Assembly: GCA_965644495.1 (NCBI GenBank) | Contig: CBFFSA010000082.1 | Coordinates: forward strand, 1-21,474 | Direction of reading: 5' to 3' | From: Perkinsela sp. CCAP 1560/9 | Taxonomy: Eukaryota > Protista > Euglenozoa: Kinetoplastea | Length of the DNA stretch: 21,474 bases | Part shown: positions 9,702-19,399 of the stretch, piece by piece | How the letters are laid out: each line of letters opens with the position of its first letter | Position numbering within the stretch: position 1 is the first letter of the stretch | Translations under genes and position numbers: made by a program | The notes under the pieces: model-generated | Databases searched by the model: none | The model's input: the letters and a program-made list of their open reading frames with translations, nothing else | Told to the model about the DNA's origin: nothing

Positions 9702-10190
9702 GTTGTTGTTGTTGTTGTTGGTAACAAGAGCGCCTGCAATCCCCACATGCAAGCGCCGCAAGTACCACTCCGGCTCCCGAAATTGTTCCGGGTACGGGGA
9801 CGCAAGGCTCTCCTAGGTCCTTCACCAATGACAGAGAACACTCCGTAGTTAGCCTACCATGTGTCAATCCCACTGGGAGGGTTCCTGATCAAGCACGAGT
9901 GCCGCTTTTACGCTTTAGAGTAGTGTAGCTTTTATGTTTCGGAGGTTCTTCAATTAATTATGCATGTGTAAGCAAGGAATTTACGTAGTGAGACGTCTAT
10001 GTCAATGTGTGAATGTAGATATTGTGTGGTATATAGAGCATGTATTTGTGCACCCGCTCAGGAGAAAACAAAATTATTAAAGGATATTTTGTACAGTATA
10101 ATGACATGCAGGACCGTAAGTGAAAGTATGAAAATAGCTGATGTCGTATTCTATTTTACGTTTGTATGCTCAGCGGATACCTAAATGTCT

Positions 10191-11924
10191 TCAGTCTCTT
10201 GATATGAATGTGAGGCCCTGTTCTGTGAAAAGTCTCCATGCTTTCTGCAAGCGTTTCCATGAATTGTACAATCTGAAGTTCAATTCATCACTAGAGAACA
10301 TCCTTTTCGGACGAGTGCCTATGTCAGCTACATTTTCTTCTGTAGGTATATCACAAATGATGAGATTACCCGCAAAGCACTCATGCTAGCTGATGACCTC
10401 GTCCAAGGGATGCACACGAGAGTACCCCTTGTCAAAAGCACGAGAAGCCGCGAGATTGTCGCTTGCGATCACCATATTAGCGTATCCATGCTCGGTAGCC
10501 ATGGTGATCGCTTGTGATATGGCTGTCGCTTCTGCAAGCGCAATCGGCAGGTCGCACGACTGCTCGAGTAGGCGGTCCTTACAGATATTTCCGTTTTCCA
10601 TAGGCCACACCGCCCAGCGAGAGGTGGTTGCATCAACCGCAGTGTAGAAAACACGTTTCTTGTATGTCAATCTGGAAAACATGGCCCAGTCCCGGGGCTT
10701 ATTATTCATAGAAAGAACGCGACACATTCCTGCCTGTATCAGAGACCGACATGGCTTATCAACCGGTACGCTCCAGTCGGAGATTTCGCCCAAGATACTT
10801 TGTTGCTTGGAAATTCGACCTAGATTTCTTGTCGCCACGCCCAGTATAGCGTAAGCATGGCGCAAGTAACCTGCGAATTGATACAGTTTCCTTGCAGATA
10901 CAATATCCATACGGCCCGCTGCAAGTGCCCAACTCTTTACAATAACTGGGTCTGGTATCCATTTTGCCCTTCCTTCGCTTTGTATGATTTTTATGCCGCA
11001 ATATGTAAACGAGCAAGTTCTATTTTCCAAAGTCATGTATTTCGTGACAACGTTGAAAAGCTTGAAATTTCGCTCAAGGCGATAATACCAATCTCTTACT
11101 GTTTGTTTACAAGATACGACTAGAAATGAGTCGTATAATAGGGCAATGAATCCTCCCTGGGATAAACTTATTAGACCTGGAGCTTCAGTGCATTCATATA
11201 AGGTTTTATCTACGTTCAAGTCGAGATCTCCCTCTTCTTCGTATAGCATTATTGCCCACATAATGCTTTGTGCAATGCCGCATGCATGCTTGTAACCCAT
11301 CGGTAATACCGCGGGTCGACATATCATAGGTCCATGCTTTATACAACAGGCATGTCCAAGACCAGATGAGATCGGTATCTGGTAGTAGCAGTTGCGGATG
11401 TCCCCATGCAGAAAACAGAAACCATTCATTGCGCAATCCCCCAACCGAACTAGAGCGCGGACGAGTACTTGTGTGCTCGGCACGTGAAAGGGAACACCCT
11501 CCCCGACAACACGTTCATTGGTCCAGCGCAAGTCAAAAATTGCTCGCGAATACGTCCCATCCTTAAGTACTGCTATGTACTTTCCAAACCCTCGGGCCAT
11601 CTCCTTTGTAGTCGATATCAATACCCCACATTCTTGTAGGTAACGAATGTGCCTCCTATACTGGGAGGAGTCTGGCTCAGTCTTTTCAATGTATTGGGTG
11701 TCTGGCGGCAAGGGATCAGTGCCTATAAGGGAGATTGCCTGTCGCGAAAAGGGGAAACGGTCTAGGCCTGCGCTATCTAACCGGATACCACCTACATTTT
11801 GTAGAGGGTAGAGAGTATCCGAGTCGTGTGCAAAGCTTCCGCGTCTGCGAAAATCGCTATCCTCCGGTGCGTAGTACGCATCAAAAGGGGAGGACAGTTC
11901 AGAGCTTAGAAGTTCGGTATCCAT
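10191..11924 (-). pseudogene. Reverse transcriptase-RNase H of a YR (DIRS-order) retrotransposon, with an in-frame TAG at 10386-10388
   Basis: RT: SRAIFDLRWTN, GDIRNCYYQIP, VLPMGYKHA, LLYDSF. RNase H: AVDATT, AEATA, ASDN. Reading past the TAG gives 64 more aa, including IPTEENVADIGTR (the terminal RNase H NxAD motif), ending at TGA 10191-10193. Confidence 0.85.
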
Positions 11925-12213
11925 TGTTTTGTGTGCGAAGTGCGTTTGAGATATAATTTATATCATATAATTTATTCTACTATGGGTGATCTATTTCCTA
12001 CACAGCCACTATCTCCACATTTCTTAACTTTTATAGTTGGTCCACTTGTCACAGTTTATTGTGACTTTTACTTCAATGACAGTGTGTAACTGTGTTCCCA
12101 TATCTCTCGTCCTTCTCGATACGATTCTACTTATCACCTGTTTATCTAAAGTGTTCTAGTGATGCATACATTGTGTGCTTTACAATAATGGGACTGATTG
12201 TAAATTATTTATT

Positions 12214-13083
12214 TTATTCCATAGAATAACGTGTTGCAGTGAGTTCTGACATCCAGCGCCCTCTTCGAAGACGCGTGCTCAGATCAACTCCTTGCCGTGT
12301 CAAGTGTCCAGCGCAGCCGTGGCGCAGACAGTGGAACGACCATGTTTGCTGGCTGTTCCATCCAAATCGCGCGGCCGCGGCCGCTATCAAGCGATTGGCT
12401 TGCACCTTGTTCCAAGTCGGAAAGAGGCTTGATGTTGTTGAGATTGTTTTGAAGTACCCGAGTAAATGGCGTACTTCAGGTGCTTGTACCGTATCAACGG
12501 CAAAGTGGTGACGACCTTTCCCTCCACGAATTTTTATTAGTACATCGCTTTCGCTGATTTCCACGTCTGATGTCTGAAGACCTACGAGTTCGGAGTGTCG
12601 CAAAAGGCCAAAGTAACCAATTGCAAATCCTTGACCATACGTAATCTCTCCCTGGTCAATACAATATGTGGATAGTACGCGAAGCTGGTCACGTGTGATG
12701 GAGCCCCGCGGCTTGGGGTCTAAACAAATTTTGAGCACCCCTTTAAATCGCCTTCGAAATCGAAGGGTTTGCGACCAACACTCGCTCTCTGGAAGGTCCT
12801 CAATTTGTCGCCAAACCAGGGCAGCGCGAAATGCTTCCAAGGTGGAGGGTCTGTAAAATCTCGACATGCTAGCACATAAGGCAAGGAAATTCTCTTCTGC
12901 CATGTTGCATGCACCATGGACACCCATAAGGTGTTCCAGGCGATAAAAATATTGTGCTCGTTTTTGAGCCGTTCCCGCCGAAACGCCCACCTGAGCGAGC
13001 TGTCTATGAATTCCCACTTGAAGAAGAGAACGATACCCTCTCTGAATTTCTGCATCCCGCGAGGTTCGAGACTCTAGTGTCAT
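12214..13083 (-). CDS. Tyrosine recombinase (YR) of retrotransposon, 289 aa from the first ATG
   Basis: Catalytic set present: GLLRHSE (R), GGKGR (K), SFHCLRHG (HxxR), GRW (W), TRY (Y). ATG at 13083 has an AG 8 nt upstream on the minus strand. Confidence 0.9.
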   Translation of the reverse strand: MTLESRTSRDAEIQRGYRSLLQVGIHRQLAQVGVSAGTAQKRAQYFYRLEHLMGVHGACNMAEENFLALCASMSRFYRPSTLEAFRAALVWRQIEDLPESECWSQTLRFRRRFKGVLKICLDPKPRGSITRDQLRVLSTYCIDQGEITYGQGFAIGYFGLLRHSELVGLQTSDVEISESDVLIKIRGGKGRHHFAVDTVQAPEVRHLLGYFKTISTTSSLFPTWNKVQANRLIAAAAARFGWNSQQTWSFHCLRHGCAGHLTRQGVDLSTRLRRGRWMSELTATRYSME

Positions 13084-13432
13084 GTTGAGTGCTAGAAATG
13101 GCGGAACAATAATTACATTATACAGTATGTAGTATACGTATGATCTGGAGTTTTCATAAAGTAGACACGTACAACTGGCTACCGTGTGCAACGATTCTTA
13201 AATAGCTGAAGTATATAGCTACTTCGTAATAGAACACTTGTTTATAAATATTGTGTCGGCACACTTATCAGCACCCATAATATATTTATCGGCATCCATT
13301 TTTAGTATCTTACTACTTTTTTGGGAGTTTTTATCAAATGTACGTGAAAATACTTTTCTAGTGTTTGATACGAACGCTTACTTTGCTTTCCACTCTTTCT
13401 TTCATACTTATTTTCATTTTGTAGTTCAATGT

Positions 13433-14497
13433 TTATTCATCGCGCCCGCGTTTGCCATGTCTAGGGAGAAATGGTTTTTCATGGTCGCGATGTTGACTAG
13501 CTTTGCAGTTCCGGGCCTGGTGCCCCCTTTTTCCGCAGTTCCAGCACGTTCCACCAGATGTACTGGAAACCGTTTGTCTAAAGCCATAACGGGGCTTTAA
13601 GTCCGGAGGAGCGCCGCGAGCGGATGCGCGTCCTTCAATATTCAGACTCGGACGAGAGTGATGTACCTGCGACACCGCACGTGAATGCGCGGCGAGATGC
13701 GCAACAATGGACTTGTTGCTCGTATCGACTGAATTGTCCCGCATGAGGGATTCCAGCGTTTCACGGGACACTGAGACTCCCTCGTGCCGCAGTCGATACG
13801 ACATTACGATCGCACCGAGCTTGCACAACAGCGTCCACACGCTCAGACGAACCCCGTCGTCTTTCGCGTTCGCGAAGGGGACACCTGGTGGAATTTCGGT
13901 CAGTGCCTTGGCGTAGTATGCCCAGTCCAAACGTCCTGCGGCAACGTCACAAACTTGGCGTTTGACATTCGGAGTAATCCAGGGCTCCGTGCAGAAACCG
14001 GTCTGGGTAAGGCACGTGTGGATCGCCTCCCCGCACCGGGGGTCTTCTTGGGTCCCGATAATGGATCGAAAAGCCTCGCGGAGGTCTTTAGACGGGTGCT
14101 TCGTATTTGCTTCGGGGTGATGCGTCTGAGAGTTCACCGTAGGTTTTTCGAGAAGAGACGCCTCTTCTGCACCAAGCTCATCACGAAGCGCAACAAGGAC
14201 TTGCGCGGGCACTTCGCTGCTTGCAAATGTACCATTTTGTACTGCAGCCAACGCGAGACGAATGCTCCGCGAGCCTGGTACACTGCTGCCTCTTCCCGCG
14301 TGCGCGCACGCACGTTCTAGGAGAGGATCGATTGGCATGCGCTCTTTCGCGAATTGGATTGCCCCGGGAATAACGGTGAGTAAATCCTGACGAACAGTCA
14401 GTCCCAGGCGTTTCATTGAGCATATTTGCTTAAATGCCTCCTCAGCCGAAACAGTGGGTGCTGCAACAGGCACCAATTCGGGGATAGCATCAGACAT
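13433..14497 (-). CDS. Gag-like protein with C-terminal CCHC zinc knuckle
   Basis: CWNCGKRGHQARNC fits CX2CX4HX4C. First ATG at 14497. Lies upstream of YR and RT-RH on the same strand. Confidence 0.82.
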   Translation of the reverse strand: MSDAIPELVPVAAPTVSAEEAFKQICSMKRLGLTVRQDLLTVIPGAIQFAKERMPIDPLLERACAHAGRGSSVPGSRSIRLALAAVQNGTFASSEVPAQVLVALRDELGAEEASLLEKPTVNSQTHHPEANTKHPSKDLREAFRSIIGTQEDPRCGEAIHTCLTQTGFCTEPWITPNVKRQVCDVAAGRLDWAYYAKALTEIPPGVPFANAKDDGVRLSVWTLLCKLGAIVMSYRLRHEGVSVSRETLESLMRDNSVDTSNKSIVAHLAAHSRAVSQVHHSRPSLNIEGRASARGAPPDLKPRYGFRQTVSSTSGGTCWNCGKRGHQARNCKASQHRDHEKPFLPRHGKRGRDE

Positions 14498-14808
14498 TGT
14501 AGTATTTTGAAAAACGACCAAAGACGTAAAACATGCGTTTTTACACTGCTTACGGAGTGAGAAACTCACAGCCGATTACACATTACCTAAAGATTAATCC
14601 AACCGTAACAATATCTACATCAAGACGGGGCTATCCTTCAAATCAAGCAGCCGTGTAAGCCTAAATTAAACGATAACTTGCATCCCGTGCCGATTCTTGC
14701 AAACTAGATATTTTTGAGTCACATCACGACTCATATTACCAAAGGTTGGAGTTATTAACTCGTCACAAGGTAACCTGACGCGCCGCTTCGTACGGCATTT
14801 TCAAACGT

Positions 14809-15871
14809 ATCACAAGCTTAAAAACTGCGCTTGTAACATACAGAGCGCTTGGCGCACGATCACGGCGCTATATTCCTTGCGTTTAACGTAATTACCGAGC
14901 CAATGGGCTCATGTAGTGCTCGGCATGGCAACTACATCACAAACTTAAAAGCTACGCTCGTAACACACAGAGCGCTTGGCGCATGATCACAGCGCTATAT
15001 TACTTACGTTCAACGTAATTACCGAGCCAATGGGCTCATGTAGTGCTCGGCATGGCAACTACATCACAAACTTAAAAGCTACGCTCGTAACACACAGAGC
15101 GCTTGGCGCACGATCACGGCGCTATGTTCCTTACGTTCAACGTAATTACCGAGCCAATGGGCTCATGTAGTACTCGGCATGGCAACTACATCACAAACTT
15201 AAAAGCTACGCTCGTAACATACAGAGCGCTTGGCGCACGATCACGGCGCTATATTCCTTACGTTCAACGTAATTACCGAGCCAATGGGCTCATGTAGTGC
15301 TCGGCATGGCAACTACATCACAAACTTAAAAGCTACGCTCGTAACACACAGAGCGCTTGGCGCATGATCACAGCGCTATATTACTTACGTTCAACGTAAT
15401 TACCGAGCCAATGGGCTCATGTAGTGCTCGGCATGGCAACTACATCACAAACTTAAAAGCTACGCTCGTAACACACAGAGCGCTTGGCGCACGATCACGG
15501 CGCTATGTTCCTTACGTTCAACGTAATTACCGAGCCAATGGGCTCATGTAGTACTCGGCATGGCAACTACATCACAAACTTAAAAGCTACGCTCGTAACA
15601 TACAGAGCGCTTGGCGCACGATCACGGCGCTATATTCCTTACGTTCAACGTAATTACCGAGCCAATGGGCTCATGTAGTGCTCGGCATGGCAACTACATC
15701 ACAAACTTAAAAGCTACGCTCGTAACACACAGAGCGCTTGGCGCACGATCACGGCGCTATATTCCTTACGTTCAACGTAATTACCGAGTCAATGGGCTCA
15801 TGTAGTGCTCGGCATGGCAACTACATCACAAACTTAAAAGCTACGCTCGTAACACACAGAGCGCTTGGCGC
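14809..15871. repeat. 127-bp tandem repeat, about 8.4 copies, with 381-bp higher-order periodicity
   Basis: ATCACAA recurs at 14809, 14936 and onward every 127 nt. Diagnostic variants recur at 14981/15362, 15121/15502 and 15171/15552. Confidence 0.95.
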
Positions 15872-16012
15872 TCGCTCGCATTACGTGTCATGGATTTTGA
15901 GAGATAAAGGAAAACATGCAATGGCAGTACGTGAAACCAGTGCTATGATATTTATCGATCTAATTATCTGCATTGTCTATAAATTTATAGATTTTTTTTT
16001 TTTTTTTTTTTA

Positions 16013-16129
16013 AATACTTTCCCCCCTTTCATGCTTCCCATCCCTTACTTAGTATATAGTATCATCCGACCTCAGCCTCCCACAGGAAGTGTGCATAACA
16101 TTCCTTGTAGGTAGTCATGCATTACTTCC
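16013..16129 (-). repeat. 117-bp perfect inverted repeat, right copy, next to a T-tract (poly(A) on the minus strand)
   Basis: Reverse complement of 9585-9701. T run at 15992-16011. Confidence 0.95.
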
Positions 16130-16315
16130 TTTCGTGGGCATCGGTCTCCTTTAACCCTGCCGGTGCAAAGCAAAGGTCGGATGTAATCCCCCCCCTCATT
16201 CGGTCGTATTTCCCCCTAGCCTTCCATCACCTTTCCACATTTCCTGAGAAATGTGGCCCCGGGCTTTGGACCGGAATTGCAGGGTTAAAGGAGACCGATG
16301 CCCACGAAAGGAAGT
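16124..16315. repeat. Long hairpin or MITE-like unit with 37-bp perfect inverted arms
   Basis: 16124-16160 is the exact reverse complement of 16279-16315. Further nested stems: CGGTGCAAAGC/GCTTTGGACCG and CCACATTTC/GAAATGTGG. Confidence 0.9.
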
Positions 16316-16534
16316 GAATCTCCTCCCCGTCGACCAGCATCCTGTTTCGCGACCGTGTCGCTGTCGACACAGGCCCGCGCCTGCGCCCTCCCGTATAGCA
16401 AGGGAAGGGTTCACAAGTCAGGCCGTGGAGAGGTCGAAAGACCCGGTCCGGAACGCGCGAATGGATTGGGTCTGGATTGCTTGTTTTTATTTTTACTGTG
16501 TCTTGTTTGTCGTATATACTTAGGGGAGATTGAA

Positions 16535-16691
16535 TTGCTAGTTTTGGGCTGAGAAAAAAGAAAAAAGAAAATATACTTCTGTGGAAATAAAAAGAATTGC
16601 AAAAAAAAAAAAAAAAAAAACTCTACTCCATACATAAAAAGTTAGACTCAATACTATTCCCCCCAACAAAAAAAAAAAAAAAAAAAAAAAA
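16535..16691 (+). repeat. Stacked retroelement 3' tails with poly(A) tracts
   Basis: 16535-16550 TTGCTAGTTTTGGGCT equals 5037-5052. 16625-16666 matches 662-703 at 41 of 42 nt. Each is followed by A runs. Confidence 0.75.
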
Positions 16692-17339
16692 GCGGACGGG
16701 GTCCTGGGGTTTGGAGGTTGTCCCTATAATTTTGGAAGGTTATGGATGTTAATCGGTTAACAGCTCTTTATTCTCACGCCTTGTTTTTTCGGAAGCAAGG
16801 TTCCCCAATGTGAGGTAAATATGAGTAAAGGTTTCCTTTGCTCTGCGGTTAGCGCCTTAATGTTTTTTTGCCGCGTCCCTGTTGACACGGCCCTACGCAT
16901 CACGCCTAGTTGCTCCACACTTCTAGGTACACAAGTTGGTCTAGGGCAGAGGTTAAAAGCGTAACCTGCGTAGCTCGTGTGAGCTTGTAAAGGGCGTGGC
17001 AGTGGACTGGTCATCTATTGCTATCGTTATCCTTTTGTGAGTTCTGGGATGGTATATGAAAAATTATTTTACTATGTGATTGGGCATTTCTTTGTTATTT
17101 ATATTGATTGTGTGACGTGTGTGTGGGCAGGTTGGCCGAGGGTTCCGGTGGGGGGGAATCCCGTTAACAACGTGACACATGATTATTTGTTTTATGCAGG
17201 CTTTCTTTTGAACGAGGTATAAGCGTGTGAATTCTATCTATATATCGTATTATGTGTTCTTTGATTTTGGGACGATTTGGAAGTGTGATTATATTAGTCA
17301 TAGGTATTTGCTTATATTTGTTTGTTACTTATATGTTTC

Positions 17340-19399
17340 ATGGAGCCCCCTCGGCGTGGATTTCGTTGTAGAATCATCGCCTTAGCAAAGCCGAATAACG
17401 GGGTAAGACCGATAGCGATGGGTGACACAATGCTCAAAATAAGTGGCTCAATCCTGCTGCAACGTCATGAAAACTCGTTGAAAAGGTTCTTCCACCCTAT
17501 GCAACGTGGTGTCTTAGAAAAAAATGCATGTGAAGGAATCGTTCACGAGCTTCTTGATGACTACAGCAACGGACACACTATTCTTTCGGTAGATTACACC
17601 AACGCATATAACACTGCACAGCGCTCAGCAATTGCTCAATCCCTGCAGGCGCACAAAGTTTTCAAGCCGTTTATGCGCATGTTTTATTGCGAATACGGAA
17701 ATCCCTCGGGCCTGCTCTTCTTTGCCAACAATCGACTACATTCTATACTTCAGAGCACTTCCGGAGTGCGGCAAGGCTCAGCTCTTTCCTCTCTGTACTT
17801 TTGTTCACTAATACAAGGTGCGTTGGTGGAAGTCTCTGATCTTTTTCCAGAAGTGAAAATTAGAGCATACATGGATGACGTTACATTGTCCTCAAAAAAT
17901 CGCATCTCACTGGAAGCCGCGTTCTTACATCTCAGAGAGCTATCCACTGACCTTGGCCTGCACATAAATTATTCAAAATCAGAATGGTTCAACGCTGAGA
18001 GCAGTAAGAATCGGAACAGTCATCCTGATGCTCTTCGCTCCCTAGGCGTCACCCATTCTGACAAGACAATCAAAATCCTTGGAGCCTACATCGGGGATCA
18101 CCAAGAGGTCAGCTCACTTCTGGTCAAAAAACTAAAGAAGCACCAATGCCTGTTCCGTAGGCTTCGTCGAATGGGGCCCAGCAACATTTCACTGGCTGTA
18201 CTGCAACGCTGTGCGCTCCCACGTCATGATTATCACCTGCGTGTACACCGTCCAGAAGACTCGCTTCTTATGGCCCAAAAATTTGATGAACAAGTTAATG
18301 ATATTGTGTCGCACTGGTTCTTTGCTGATCCTATCTCTATCAAGCTATCGTCACTTCCACAACACCTAGGAGGACTTGGTTTGACACCGTCAACATTAAA
18401 ACATCGTTTCTTTTTCGACACCGCGCGCAAATCGATTGATGAGCGAACACTATCCAATAAAGCTCCGGTAGTTTTGCGCAAGTCGAAAGGAGGCATTCCC
18501 GATGATAATGGAAGCTCAAGCCGTACAGCCAAGCATCAGACAGCCAGAATTCAAGCATCAAAAGCTATGAAGACGGAACAAAAACTATTTGCCACCGAGT
18601 TACGTAAGGATAGCAGAATAGACTCCATACTAAAACGCACAACGACTGCCTTTCGACATCTTCCTTCAACTAGCGGATACGTTAATCCTTACCTTTTCAG
18701 ATACGCTATCATGTTTAGATTAGGCATCAAACCGCCTTCGTTGCCGGATCAAGTGAGTTGCCCTGGATGCGCTGCTCAGATAAAATCAGAGGAAATCCTT
18801 CACCACATTGTGGGTTGTACAAAGTGTTCTGGAATGAACGCTACACGAAAACACTCATCTCTAGTGCGCTTTCTAGCCGAACTTTGCTCAAAAGCAGGCC
18901 TCCAGTCCGTCATAGAACCTCGCGCTTATTCATCCTTCTATTGTACCAAGTGCAAGGCACACGTCTCCGCTGATGCGATTGATAACCATCCGTGCCGCGC
19001 ACGAAGGATAAGGTCAGGCCCCGACCTCGGAATTATGTGGCCCCATATGGGTGAAGTACTTTACGACCTCACAGTTGTCCACACCGGTAGCCCAAGCTAT
19101 CGAAAAATGACAGAAGCTCAGCTCCTGCAAAATGCTATTGAGAGAAAGCAGAAGAAATACGTTGAGAAGGGGGGATTGATGAAGACTTTTTTCGCTGCAT
19201 CTCCATGACAGAAGGCGGTTTCTTACACAGCCATACGAAAAATCTCCTTTCCTGTCTAGCAAAGAAAGCCGAACTTAAAGTCCCTGAAGTACTAGAAGCT
19301 TTTCAACTTGAGATTGAAAAGCTTAATGCATATACAATAGTTGCGCAACTGCGCGATTATCTACCCCGAGCATCGTGGCTGGGTTCACTGCAATCGTAA
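17340..19399 (+). pseudogene. Third CRE/SLACS-like RT-REL ORF, 5'-truncated, with a -1 frameshift near 19169-19193
   Basis: RT: VRPIAMGD, VDYTNAYN, GVRQGSALSSLYF, AYMDD, GGLGL. Knuckle and REL: CPGC..HIVGC, RKH, GPD..YDLTV, KQKKY. The -1 frame continues IDEDFFRCISMTEGG..., matching the REL C-terminal F....E.G motif. Confidence 0.85.

Larger units (their letters stand above)
5400..9720 (+). mobile_element. CRE-clade non-LTR retrotransposon, element 2 (diverged paralogue of element 1)
   Basis: SL, a 5'UTR similar to element 1 (CTTACGCCCnATGGT), the ORF, a structured 3'UTR and a (TTG)n run at about 9700-9720. The 3' boundary is uncertain. Confidence 0.78.
9721..15991 (-). mobile_element. VIPER/TATE-like tyrosine-recombinase retrotransposon (gag - YR - RT/RH); boundaries approximate
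   Basis: Three co-oriented ORFs with YR upstream of RT/RH, the order known for kinetoplastid VIPER rather than DIRS1/Ngaro. A tandem array lies upstream of gag. Confidence 0.75.

Noticed and set aside
6332-10388. TAA/TAG reassigned to an amino acid (alternative genetic code)
   Set aside because: Kilobases of ORF contain only two internal TAR codons, and the homologous ORFs terminate at TAG (4813-4815) and TAA (9488-9490).
12214-13191. Phage or bacterial integrase / prophage
   Set aside because: The YR is flanked by a gag zinc knuckle and an RT-RNase H ORF in a eukaryotic SL-containing context, which fits a YR retrotransposon.
14809-15871. CRISPR array, or the repeated 64-aa ORFs as genes
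   Set aside because: The units are contiguous near-identical repeats with no unique spacers and no cas genes. The 127-nt period is not a multiple of 3, so the ORFs are by-products of the repeat.
16757-17014. 85-aa minus-strand ORF
   Set aside because: No motif or similarity I can recognise, so the region remains unexplained.
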